NCBI GenBank assembly: GCA_049999805.1
Contig: JBNGIO010004591.1
Span: 1 to 36,253 of the forward strand
Reading direction: 5' to 3'
DNA: 36,253 bases
DNA from: Folioceros fuciformis
Taxonomy: Eukaryota
Under the pieces are notes generated by a model that did not search any database, was not told the DNA's origin, and worked only from the letters and a program-made list of their open reading frames with translations. Shown piece by piece: positions 23,114 through 34,958 of the stretch; position 1 is the stretch's first letter, and every line of letters starts with the position of its first letter. The position numbers and the translations under genes are program-made.

Positions 23114-26100
23114 TTAGTCACTCCCCCATCTTCGCTTCCTCGCCGGTCTCTCTTGGTTCACTTCGACAGTCTGCGTCTGATCGCTATTATTTTCGCTCTG
23201 TAGCTTTCTCGACTCGGAAAATTTTCTGCGCAACCGTTCCTTTCGGTCCTCCGCCGCCGAGTGCTCCTGTTTCTTCTCAACATGAGCACTCTCGGAGGTG
23301 TCGACTCCTTTTTTCGGAAGGACATCCAATGCGCCGGGATTATGATCCGACCACTCCCTACCCCTTGTTTCAGATGCTTGTCGGCCAGTTACGTTACTCT
23401 CTTGCACTTTGCCGACTACCTTCTTTCTGGCCCTCGCACTAACATTAACCAATTGGTGCCTCGTCTTGCCTGAGCTGCTAGCTTCACCCACCTGTTCACA
23501 CAAATCACCTCGGTCAACCTCTGTGGCAAGGCAACCTCACACCATCCGTTAGAAGTGCTAGTTTTCAGAAGCTGCGTTACCTTGTCTTCCCTAGTCACCA
23601 ACTCCAGGTCATTTAGGCTTTTCTTACGAAGCTCTTGACCCCTACGCCGGCCTCGACCTCTGAGACCGTTCACTTGGTAGTCATCCACAACACTATTAAC
23701 AGCCTGCACAGGCAGGGTCAGGGAAATTCAACATGAAGATACAATTTCAGGTCTTCCATGATCTATTATCACGACAGGCACAACACGCTGCCATCCCTCT
23801 CAAGACACTACCTTTTCTGTGGCAACAGCAGAATGCAGGGAATCATTTTTTCTCTTCCTGCGGGTATCCACATTGAAATCCTCCAAAGATTCAACACCAA
23901 CTGCCTTATCATCTGCCTTTCTGCCTGAGATCCTTATCCCTTTATCCTCCTTTGATGGCCTTGTATCTGTGCTCCTATAGTGATCAGCAGACTCTCGTGT
24001 TGACTCCCGAATGGACTCCCGCCCTGATTCCTGTACAGAGTCTCGTGCCACGTCTCTCCCCGACTCACGTGCTGCTTTTCGGCTTGCCTCCCGGACTGAT
24101 TCTCTCCCTGAGTCTCGTGCCACTTCTCGCCCTGACTCTTGGGCTGCTTCCCTTAAAGATTCTCGTCCCAACTCCCTCGTTGATTCTCTCCCCAGATCTC
24201 GTGCGGAATCTCGTCCTGACTCTCGTGCAGAGTCTCGGCCAGACTCTCTTCCAGCCTTCCGCCCGGACTCTCTTGCCATTTCTCGCCCAGATTCTCTTAC
24301 AGTTTCTCGACCAGACTCACGTAGAGTTTCTCGCAATGAGTCCCTCGCCGAGTCCCGCCCCGACTCTCTAACAGAGTCCCGCCCCGACTCTCTTGCAGAT
24401 TCCCGCCCNNNNNNNNNNNNNNNNNNNNNNNNNNNNNNNNNNNNNNNNNNNNNNNNNNNNNNNNNNNNNNNNNNNNNNNNNNNNNNNNNNNNNNNNNNNN
24501 NNNNNNNNCCCGCCCCGACTCCCTAGCAGATTCTCGCACCGACTCTCTTGCGAAATCCCGCCCCGACTCTCTTGCAGATTCCCGCCCGGACTCTCGTGCA
24601 GATTCCCGCCCGGAAAGACCTCCAGGCTGAGCAGTCCTGTCATCGTTCCTCCGGGAGGGATATCTCGAGTGCATATAATGCTCTCTTTCAGAACCTCTGG
24701 TCCATCCATTTCTGTGTTTAGAGTAAGCTTGATCATCAGACTCTGGGCCCTCTTTACCACGAGAATCATCCCTGCGTGACGCAGACCTTCCACTTTCCCT
24801 TCCTCTACCCCGTTCAGACATGGACGTAGGCACGTCATGGGGCGTATCTTTCTTTTGGCTCCAATAGGACCTTTCCCCATTTTCCTGGGTGCCTTTCACG
24901 TCGTCTGACCTTCTCTGAGTCGATTCAGATTTGGATCTGTATGAACTGTCAAGGTCTCGTCTTTGACTGTAAGAACTTCCTTCTTGCTTCTCTCTCCTGG
25001 ACTGTAATTCAGATTTCCTTTCCCTTTCTTCTCTCTGCCTTGAGTTGCCACCCCTTGCCTCCAGCCTTCCATCGTCCACTTTCCTCATCTCAACACTTCG
25101 CTCCCGCTTGTCCTGTCTATATTCCTTCTTTGTATGAACCTGCGATTCATGCTTACTGGCTTCAAATGGCAACGCAGCATCGCTACCTGAGCTTTCATCA
25201 CGAGCATCGTACAGGTCATTAGAAAGCTCTAAACTGCACCCTGAATCCTCCTGGCTTGCACTGTTCTTCCTGCTGCTCGCCTTCGGGCCGTACTCCCTTC
25301 CAGATCTTGTCGACTTATCTGACAGCTCATGAGTTTTCTGCCGCTTAGGATACTGAACAGGCTCATCGACATCTTGCTCCTCCAGATCATTTGCCTCATC
25401 CCCTAAGCCTTGGGACGGTTTATGCTCTTGCTCACCAGAGTTCTCGTCTTCTTCATGGTACCCAACTTTACACAACTTGGAGCGGATTGCTCCACTGTCT
25501 CTATCGTCAAAATCATCTGACTCCCATGGTCTGCTGCTTTCTGAGTCTTTAACAGTTCCGAGTACACCCCTTGGTCCCCATCCACCTGACCCAACATTGC
25601 TTGGCTCATCATCCCCCATCGGCATGTGTCCCGGTTGTTTAAGGTGCCCTGGCTGTGGGGAAGGAAATAGGGGAGGTGGCCCTCGCCTGCAAGTTAAGAA
25701 CAGCTGCTAGTTATATACTCAAGACTCTAAGAGGACTTTCAATCCATTCATGACATCGAACTCAAAACCAACACCTGGCCTAGCTAACTTCTCTTGGTGG
25801 CGGACTTCACCTTGGAGGTTCAATAAAATCTGGATGGCGAAGACCGAAGGCATCTTGACGAGGCCCTTGCCCTAAGAGGGGGCCGGGCCTTGGCCCTCCA
25901 TAAGGAGCCCGCCTTCCTGATACACCTCTGCATACATACTCATAAAGCGAAGAATTGTTATCTTGCTCAGTGACATTGAGCCCACACAATTAACATAATT
26001 GAAGGGGACAGCATACCGGCCGAGTGGAGGAAGACAAAACTGTTCGCCTGGAAGCACCCCATAACCTGGTGTTGGACCTTGATGTGGCCCAATCATGCCA

Positions 26101-28865
26101 CCAGTTAAAAGGTGTCGCGAGCCATCCATGTCTCTCCGGCGTCCAGAAACTCCAGGCGCACCTGCTCCCAAGACACTTGGATCCCTGTCCCACAAGTCGT
26201 TTGCTGGTCCAAAAGACTGTGGTTCTGGCTCGGCTGAGGCCCCTTCGTTGACATCCCTCTCCTCCACGTATGCAGCCTCCTCCTGCTGTGTCACGTCATT
26301 GTCTTCTTCAGCATCTTGGGGCATGATCTGAACCAATCAGGGTAAGAATTGGTTACCGAATGCATGTACAGAGAGACAACCAGAGAGTTGATACACATGT
26401 TAGATAAGCAGGCTGATTCAGTAAAGAAAGTCAAAGCTGAAGCATAATTTCCAACCTGTATCACAGCATCTGAATCACGAGTCCGTTGTCGACGCACATC
26501 CACAGAAGGGCGCCTTTCTGCTCCTCCTCCTTCTACTTGAATAGCGCGTCCTGTTGGCTGTGAAACAGACATCAATTAGGAGTTTCCCACAATCGAGTAC
26601 CTCTGTGTTGTTATTACCTTGGAAGAACAGGCACCTGACCTCAATGGAGACACGGGACGAAGCAAGAAAACCAACACTACTGCGTCTAAGAAAGAATGAT
26701 ACCCATAACCCAGCCTCTCAGCTGTAAAAGAGATCAGGCTGGCTTACCTGCATAGCATGAAGCCACGCTGCTCCACGACCCCCTCCCTCATTACCAATTC
26801 TTGCCCCAGGTCCTGACCCAGCATTATTTTCCAAGCCTCGTTCTTGCATGTTCTTGGAATCACCAAACGCATCAAGCATACCAGCTGCAGCAGCTAGTTC
26901 TGGGGGGAGATCTGGATCATAAGCCTGCGTCCCAAAACGAAGCCTTCAGAACGCTGTCACTCATGGAATTGATAAACCTGACTGTCAATTCACTTGGCAC
27001 AAAACTCAAAGCCAACCATGTACGTTGTCATTACAAACACCCACTCACTAGCTCTTACTGCTGTCGAGCAGCGTCACTGAACAAAACAGGAGGGAGAGCA
27101 AAAACCTGCTCAGAGCGCCCACTCTCGTAAACACGAATTTTGCTTTGCATTGTTGCTTCCACACGCATTTTGGACTGAATAAAATCAGGACTCCAATTCA
27201 AAATGTGCTCGATAAATGCAGGTGGTACAGAATCTTTAAGGCAAGATGGTAAAGTACTGACGTGTCCATAAATTTCTTACCAAATGGCGGCAGTAAAGCT
27301 TCCAAGAAAGTTCATCGAAACCATAATTGAAATAGTCAGTGCTGTCCACGCCTGTCCGTCTCCATGGTTTGTCCTCCAGAGAGTCTATATCAATATCAAA
27401 CACTGTCCTGCAGCAAAGCTCAACATGAACATGCCTGTGATAAATACACTGCCTCCTCATCCCCGGCACACTGGTGTACAATAGGCTTATCCGAGCAACC
27501 CTAGATAAGACAGCTGCTCGCAGAGATCAGAGCTTACTTCGTGGGTGGAAGATTGAAGTCTCCGTAATTGAGAAAAGGTTGGGAACCACTGGCATCATTC
27601 CCATACCGATTACCCCGAGGCTGTCCAGCCCTGCGAGGTCCACCTCCAGCACCATTCGACTCCCCCCTGCCAGCGGGGCCCGGTGCAAGCCACTCTCCAG
27701 CAGGAGCCCGACCCCCTGGAGCTGCCGAAATTGCTGGGGCCTGCGATCCTCCAGCTTTCGCACTTTGTCTCACATACTGAACATTCACACGACCGAAAGG
27801 TCATCCATCAAGCAAACACGTATGCAACAGCTCAGGCTCGAAGGCGCGGTACATCACCCTCACCTTGAACTGCCCATGATGAGGCTGCTGGGCATGATAT
27901 CCTTGTCCACTATACCCGATACGGGGCGATGCGACAGCTGTGGCCGTCTTAGGAGTACCACCTTTCTCTTCCCCCGGAACCCCAGCAACTTCCGCAGGAG
28001 TGGTGGCAGCAGGTGGCAGCGCCACCACCTGCCCTGGGGACGCAGGAGGCGACTCCTCCCATTCTTTCCCCTCCCCCGCTTCCTTGTTTGCAAGGAGGAC
28101 CAGATTACCTGCATCCTCCTCATCTTCATTCTCGACATCCCCCTCTCCGTCGGGGTAAGCTTCCGCGGAAGTGTTCAAGACGATCTTAAAGTCATCGTCC
28201 TCGCTCTCGCTATCCCAGTCGTCCGCCTTGTCGCTGTTGCCGAGCCGCGATTTCCCTTGCTCCCCGAAGAGTTGCGGCTCCGGCATACCATTCTGCTCAC
28301 TCTCCCAGGGCTGATCCCCGGCTTCGCCCTCCGACTCGCCGTTGATAGGGGCGGTCCCATGGCCCCCTGAGGAAGCGCCTCGAGACGAACCAGTAGCGGC
28401 AGAGGCACCCAATTGGATGCCGATAGCAGCTCCGTGCCGCCCCACCGTGGCTCGTGCCACCATTCCATCATGCCCATTGGATCCAGCGTCCAGCTGCGGG
28501 CTGCTCCTGGACTCCTGCAAGCTGTCACCGTAGAGCTGGCCATACAGCAGAATTTCTTCATTCTCCGCCTCCTTGGGGCTCCCATGGAACATGCCGTCAG
28601 CCTGCTCCACAGAGACCGAGCTTTGGGGCAAGGGAGCCCTGCTGCTGCTACCTGTGCCTGTGCCAGAGCCAGTGCCTGTGCCCGTGCCAGAGCCAGTGCC
28701 AGTACCCGTGCCCGTGCCAGAGCGGGACGCCGAGAACGAGGAGGGGCCATACAGCAGAGCATCCTCGTCCTCGTAGGTGGGCTCACTGGAATTCTCAGCA
28801 GGCCTGCTTACACCATCCACTCCGAAATCAGTGTAGAGGTTGCCAAAGTCATCGTCGTCGTCCAT
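23114..28865 (-). CDS. FIP1: FIP1[V]-like pre-mRNA polyadenylation factor (Fip1 motif), multi-exon, spans an assembly gap
   Basis: Start MDDDDDFGNLYTD (ATG 28865); WDSESEDDDFKIVLN; spliced FK|YVR; Fip1 motif TVFDIDIDSLEDKPWRRTGVDSTDYFNYGFDELSWKLYC (27407-27281); EATMQSKIRVYESGRSEQ; YDPDLPPELAAA; PTGRAIQVE; C-terminus ERPARKRRWGSD* ending at 23114. Confidence 0.92.
23990..24615 (-). repeat. Coding minisatellite in FIP1 (12/24-nt period; RESG/RESA/RDSA units)
   Basis: Translations RESARESGRESARESGRDFARESVRESARESGR and RESGRETVRESGREMARESGRKAGRESGRDSARES flank the N gap. Confidence 0.9.
24409..24508. other. Assembly gap (100 N) within the FIP1 coding repeat
   Basis: Run of N; the apparent frame change across it is expected from an arbitrary gap length. 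Confidence 1.
28650..28722 (-). repeat. Coding Gly-Thr dipeptide repeat in FIP1 exon 1
   Basis: SGTGTGTGTGSGTGTGTGSGTGTGSS. Confidence 0.85.
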
Positions 28866-29800
28866 GAGGCCCGGAACGCACCCACAGAATGCAAGCAACG
28901 ACAACAAGAATCCCACACACCCCGATCGTCCTGCTAAACCTGCCTGCTTCTGCACCTCCTCCTCCTTCCTTGCCTCCCTCCCGCCCTCCCTCCTTTCCTC
29001 ACTTGCTCCCTGGCTCGCTGCCTCCCATCTTCTCCTTCCCCCTTTCCCTGCTCCCCCCTTTTCCTGCTCCTTTCCTTCGCTACGCACCCTAAACCCGCAT
29101 ACACGTTGTAGGTATCTGGTGCGTGCTTTTTATTGGGTTCGAACGGGATAGTCCCTCAACCCATCAAAATCATGAAACAAGGGGTGACGCCAACTCTTCA
29201 GATTCGCAACAAAACATTGGTCATATTAATCTTTCGGCGGATTACCTACATATATAGATGGGAAAAAAACCCGACTGGGGATAATAGGAAATCAAACTTT
29301 TACTAGTTAGGTGAGTTGGTGTATACACTTAAGGAGCATTAAAACCTTAGCTAATATATATAATATAATATAATAATTAAGATATATTGAAGAAAAGCAA
29401 ATCTAATATTACTCACATGGTGAAAGTTTTTTAAATAACTTGTGTCAAAGCTTAGTAATTGTGTTGTATGACAATGAATTATTCAAGATAGTTGATACGT
29501 TCATTGACACGATATCTTTTCTAATGAAAGCCCTCTTATTTATTTTAGAAAAATAAGATCTAGCCTATGGAGGAATAAACCATGATAGGAACACTAAGGG
29601 CTAACTCCCTCAAGCCTAATGAGTACCGATAGTACCTAAATCAACATGGTTTGGGAGAAGTACAAGTGGGGTATTTTCTATGATTGAAAAAGAGATGGAA
29701 AGTCCCATCTACTCCAAAGATTGGAGGAACAACCCCATTAGGGCCAAAGGCAAAAAAGAGGTACTCTCTCCCTACAAATATCATTTTAAAAAACTACGCT

Positions 29801-29931
29801 CCCAAAATGTCGTGATGTGGAAGAACCATGTCTACTTACCAATTCCCAAAAGATCATGATGTGGAATAATAATGTCTACTTACCAATTCCCAAAATGTCA
29901 TGATGAGGAATAACAATGTCTACTTATCAAT
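29801..29931. repeat. Tandem repeat, 44-bp unit x3
   Basis: cccaaaa.gtc.tgatg.ggaa.aa..atgtctactta.caat at 29801, 29845 and 29889. Confidence 0.88.
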
Positions 29932-30029
29932 GTAATCTCTCTTACCGATGTTGTTGTTATGCATATGGCATTAGCCAACACTGCACAAGCCGGACAAGAC
30001 CCTTCCTAAGTTTTCACCCTCTGCCTGGA

Positions 30030-33000
30030 AACTTGGATTCTAAACATCCTTCTCAAGATTTGTGGCTCCTTGACAGTGGAGCAACAAAGCACATCCAGTA
30101 TACCTCTTTGCCTGCTCCTCAACTTGTCTACATGGGAGATAGCTCTCCACAAATGGCTGTTGGTACGGGAGTGGTAAAAGTGTAGCTTCAAAATCATGTA
30201 GTCTTCATAAAAGACGTCCTGCACGTTCTTGCACTGACACACAACTTGATGTCAGTTATGCAAGCTACTAGATCTCCAAACAGCAAGATTACCTTCACAC
30301 ATAAAGGTTGTCAGATCTCCTTTAGACTCTCCTCTGGGCAGTTAGTGCAATTATTTTATCCTCAAAGTGGCAAGTTGTTTTATGTGGCTTCAGGCATCCT
30401 ACCCGAGTCACTACGTTCAACAACCACCACACACAGTTTAGTAGCTACAGATGCTACAACTACTTTCTGGCACTTACGCTTAGCCCACTTACATCTGCAG
30501 GGCATGTAGCGGATGTCCACAAAAGGTCTGGTTTTAGGGTTACCTCCTAAGTTAGGAGCTTTACCTCTATGTCCCGGCTGTGTCGTAGGCAAGCACGCCA
30601 GCCAGCCTTATCCAAGATCCCATACCAAAACATCCCATGTCCTTGAGTTGGTACATGCTGACCTTTGTGGACCGATGCAGACAGCAACTTTGTTAGGCAA
30701 ATTATACATGTTTGTCTTGCTAGATGATTTCAGTCACTGGACAAACACAAACCTCAAACACTTCCTCAAACACAAACCCGAGGCATTTCTGTGTTTCAAG
30801 ATGTTCCAAGCTTATGCAGAGAACCACATTGGATAGAAGATCAAGATTTTTCCTAAGGACAATGTGGGAGAACTTACCACACCAATTTTTGAGGGACATC
30901 TCCTCTCACACGGGATCCAACACCAAAAGATAGTCCCATATTCACACTAACAATTGGGAACGGCTGAGTGCCGCCATCGCTCCATTATGGACGGTGTTCG
31001 CAGCTCTCTGCACACTGCTGGCCTCCCAAATTATTTGTGGGCAGAGGCTGCTGCTTGCGTTTGCTATGTTCAAAATCGTTGTGGCACTTCCACAGTTGAA
31101 GACAAGACACCTTATGAAATCTGGAAGGAGCAGAAACCGAACGTCAGCCATCTTAGGATTTTTGGCTGCACTGCCTACAAATATGTTCCCCCAGAAATTC
31201 GCAAGAAATTGGACCCTCGTTCCATCCCACTTACCTTTGTCGGATATGGAGAAGAGATTGGTGTGAAAGGTTACCGGCTCTACAATCGCCACAACCGTAG
31301 TTTTTCGTTGGCCAGGAATGTCATCTTTGATGAAGCTTCTATTCTGAACGCTCCTCCTCGAGATCCTTCGCCAGCAGCCAACGCGATGACACCACTCCTT
31401 CCTGTTACCACCTATGCGGACAACGTCTTTCAACCACCTCCCATTCCGGTGCCACTTCCCCACCCAACAATCCCTAACTTACCAGCCGCTCCTTTACCAC
31501 CCCTTCCTAGAGCTTTCCCTCCCGATCCTTACAACACGCACTGGCTTTACCACAAAGATCCTGCTCAGCCACAGGGGGGAATAGGATCAGATCCTGACGT
31601 TGCTGAGCATGATGGATTTCAAGGACCAGATCCTGATGTTGCTGAGCCTGATGGACTTCCATCTTCTAACAACACAACACGACGCTCTACCAGGTCCAAC
31701 AGAGGGATTCCAAGTGTAAAATTTCATGATCTCTCCTTTGACAAATCCCAAGGCCTTTCTGCACATGCTCTCTTTAGTGCTGACATTGTTCCTGTTAAAA
31801 AAGCACTAGAAGGATCCGAATCCAACTCTTGGAAACAGGCAATGGACAGTGAATATCAATCCTTGGTTTCTAACAACATCTGGACCTTGGTTGATCCACC
31901 GAAAGGTAGAAACATCGTGGGCAGCAAATGGGTCTTGAGAAAGAAGCACAACGCAGATGGCTCTCTAGCTAGGTTCAAGGCCAAACTCGTAGCAAGAAGA
32001 TTCACACAAAAGAGTGGAGTCAACTACTCTGAATCCAGTATCTTCAGCGCGGTAGTTAAACTCACCTCTCTTCGTGTGATGATAGACCTAGCTGCTCTAT
32101 ATGGTCTCGCTATACATCAGCTAGATGTGGAGACCGCGTTTTTTCATGGGATTTTAAAAGAAGAAATCTACGTTCAACGGCCTCCTGGATATGAAGTAAA
32201 AGGCCAAGAGTCCAAGGCGTGCCTTCTTCAGAAAACACTATATGGACTGAAGCAATCTCTGAGAGGCTGGTACGAGCGTCTACTTCGATATTTACTCAGC
32301 CTGGGTTATGTTAAAAGTATTGTGGACTCTAGAGTCTTCACAAGAAATAGGGGGCAACAGATGCTTATGATGGGTCTCTATGTAGATGACCTTATCATGG
32401 TTTCAAATGATGAAAAGTATTTAGCAGAGTGCAAATTTGCTCTTCAGAAAGAGTTCAAAATGACTAATAATGGGAGTACGTCATATTCTCTTGGTATTCA
32501 GGGCGTTCAGAATTCGTCTAATCATACTATCACTTTGCATCAGGGTACGTATGTTTCTAACTTACTGACCAAGTATGAAATGTCTAGCTGCAAACCTGTA
32601 GACACACCCATGCAAACAAGCCCAAGACTAAGTAAGACTATGTCACCTCAAGTAGATGATGAAGCTACTGAGATGCAATCAGTTCCGTATGCAAGCGTAG
32701 TAGGCAGTGTTCAGCATTTAGCTCAATACACTAGATTAGATATAGCGTGTCCTAATGGCCACGTTTCTCAATTCCTGCCAAATCCTGGAAAGTTACATTG
32801 GGTAGCAGCTAAAAGAATCCTTAGATATCTTCAATGAACGAGAACCAGTGGAATTCAGTACAAAGGAGGTCCTGATGCTGCAACCAAGCTTATAGGTTGA
32901 ACTGATGCAGACTATGCAGGCGACCCAAACTCTAGAAAATCCACAAGTGGTTACATGTTCATGCTTGCAGGGGGGCCTGTGAGCTGGAAGTCGAAGAAAC

Positions 33001-33578
33001 AAACCTTGATTGCACAGAGTTCAGCTAAATATGAATATATTGCTGCTGCCTCAGCCGTCAAGGAAGGACTATGGATCGTTTAGCTACTTCGAGACCTTGG
33101 TTACCCACAAGAAGGCCCTTTGGAATTAATGTGTGATAATACAGCTACCATTGCTCTCTCAAAAGATGTGAGGTTTCATGAGCAATCAAAACACATAGAA
33201 GTAAGATATCATTTCCTCCGTCTCAAGGTGGACTTAGGAGCGCTAGTGTTGACGTACGTATCCACTGAAGACCAACTAGCCGACATTCTCACCAAGCCTT
33301 TGGGGAAGATTAAACATGAGACCTTCAGTTCAAGATTGGGACTCGTTGATTTGTGATACACTGCTGTTTTAGATCATTTTGCTTCAAGGGGGGTGTGTGA
33401 AACTGGTTATGTTTTACCTGAAGTTCGTTTCTCCTTTTGTTTAGGGACGCTATATGAACAGACGTGACTCTTCGTTCTGCTCTTGTATAATGCCTTTGCA
33501 GGCTCATAATAAAAAAAAACATACGACTCGTTGTTCTTCTGTGCGTGTCGTGTGTCTGGTCTAAATCGCTTTGGTTCA
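30030..33578 (+). mobile_element. Ty1/copia LTR retrotransposon, 5'-truncated (no 5' LTR or gag seen), inactivated pol (PR-IN-RT-RH)
   Basis: One frame with in-frame stops: protease WLLDSGATKHI; WHLRLAHL...CPGCVVGK; integrase LELVHADLCGPM; RT IVGSKWVLRKK, LYGLKQS, LYVDDL; RNase H DADYAGD, CDNTATI, SKHIEVRYHF, DQLADILTKPL; pol ends at 33356. The 5' boundary is approximate. Confidence 0.95.
33386..33578 (+). repeat. Polypurine tract and probable 3' LTR (about 180 bp)
   Basis: aagggggg PPT at 33386-33393, then TG(TG)AA; TATA-like tatatgaa near 33451; aataaa/A-run near 33508; ends ...ttca at 33578. No second LTR copy in the window confirms the ends. Confidence 0.65.
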
Positions 33579-33579
33579 T

Positions 33580-34062
33580 GTTGAGGATGAGATTTTGAAG
33601 CCCATCGCTGATTGGGAGTATCTGGCAAACAAGCCTAAGGTGGTTATCGTAAATGCCTGTCGAGGCACTGGCAACCTTGTTGCAAAGAAGCAAGCGGAGG
33701 GGCCAAGCACCGGCAACCTTGCCTCTAGCAGCAAGGAGAAGGGGTTAGACGTTGAGGGAAGCCAGGTTGTCAGCCAGAGAAGTCAACTCCTGTCTTCTGT
33801 GACCGACTGTCTTACCGTCTTCTCCACCAGTCCTGGAGTTGAATCTTTGAGAAATGTCAAGGAAGGCACACACTTTATCATAGCTTTGATGGAAGCCATC
33901 AATCGGGGCTCTCAAACAGAAGATGTGTTGAGCATTCTAACACGCGTGATTGGCAAGGTCACGGACATGAAGGGCCAGCGTAAACCCGAAGCAGGATACA
34001 AGGAGGTATTCCAGTGTCCCGAGCTGCACAGCACACTTCGGAAAAAGAAATACGGGTCTTAG
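33580..34062 (+). pseudogene. C-terminal part of a caspase-like (C14A-type p20 end, linker, p10) protease gene, N-terminus missing at the LTR junction
   Basis: VEDEILKPIADWEYLANKPKVVIVNACRG (Cys codon 33658-33660) fits L.GKPK.FI.QACRG; DCLTVFSTSPGVESLRNVKEGTHFIIAL...EDVLSILTRV...QCPELHSTLRK fits the p10 pattern. No ATG or catalytic His before the Cys; in-frame TAA at 33562. Confidence 0.75.
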
Positions 34063-34828
34063 CCACACCATGCTCTTCTCATGCCTGGCTTGCGTGAGTA
34101 GCGTGTGGCCAGGGCCTGTTATGCCTTCAATCAAGTGTCAGGTATCGTCTTCAGTTACGCACTGTTTGTTGGTGCATCAAACTGCCTCGGATACGATCTT
34201 CTCGATTCTCCCTTTCTACGCATCAACTAGTTCCTGTTTGGCAAGGGAGACGTCTCATAGCGTCCTGATGTGGATGAACAGATGCTGACTTGTGGAGGCT
34301 ATGGGTAGGAAGGGAAGAACATGCGTGTTTGTACACACGGTCAGCTGCAGCTCTTGGTTTCAAGAGACAAGTCGAGATTTGCGGTCCTCTGGCTCCAGGT
34401 TTGCGGTCTTGTGGTTTTTACATCTTTTGTACACTGTCAGGATGTATTATCCATCTTCCCGACCAGCCACAGCTGGGACAGGATGTCCCTCCCTGAAATC
34501 GCGTCTGGAGCTCCTAGGAGCCTTCATGTCACAGTGACATTAGGCAGAACGGAGCAGTAGTTCACTGCTTGTGATAACTGGACTACGTTTGCCAGCACAG
34601 TATTGCTCTAGCTCATGCACAGCATAGCAGGCAAGTAGCAAGTATAGGAGTATATCACGATGAAAACAGGTACACTAGCCCGAATAACACTGTGGCATCT
34701 TCATCCTGTCTCCTGGTTTCGAGCATGTCCTTGTCTCATTCTTCTATGAAACTCGGATTCTCTTTCCGTTACAAAGTTGGCACTCTGAATGCAGGTAGTG
34801 CCCTCTGAGGAGGAGCTGGTAGCGCCTG

Positions 34829-34958
34829 CCTGCCGCTACTGTGGGTTTGCAAGTCCGGTTACCCTCGGCACTCGCGCTTTGTTCCCTTCCCTGCCGCTAC
34901 TGTGGGTTTGCAAGTCCGGTTACCCTCGGCACTCGCGCTTTGTTCCCTTCCCTGCCGC
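34829..34958. repeat. Perfect 61-bp tandem duplication (2 copies plus 8 nt)
   Basis: cctgccgctactgtgggtttgcaagtccggttaccctcggcactcgcgctttgttcccttc at 34829 and 34890. Confidence 0.95.

Noticed and set aside
22802-23442. Plus-strand ORFs (133 aa and 141 aa) between and over the MRG and FIP1 ends
   Set aside because: They lie in 3' UTRs or antisense to the FIP1 last exon and have no motifs
24297-24508. Apparent frameshift or pseudogenisation of FIP1
   Set aside because: The frame change coincides with a 100-N placeholder gap inside a repeat; conserved C-terminal exons are intact
28866-29087. N-terminal extension of the FIP1 ORF (MRSEGKEQEKGG...)
   Set aside because: Starts at a non-ATG codon in a purine-rich 5' UTR; the family-typical start is MDDDDDFGNLY at 28865
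29085-29097. Telo-box-like accctaaaccc upstream of FIP1
   Set aside because: Single imperfect match; cannot be distinguished from chance
33580-34062. Calling the C14 fragment an ordinary plant metacaspase
   Set aside because: It lacks D-x-C-H/Y-S-G and has KPK...NACRG plus caspase-type p10 motifs
34438-34462. QDVLSIF resembling EDVLSIL of the caspase-like p10
   Set aside because: Too short, with no flanking similarity; probably chance
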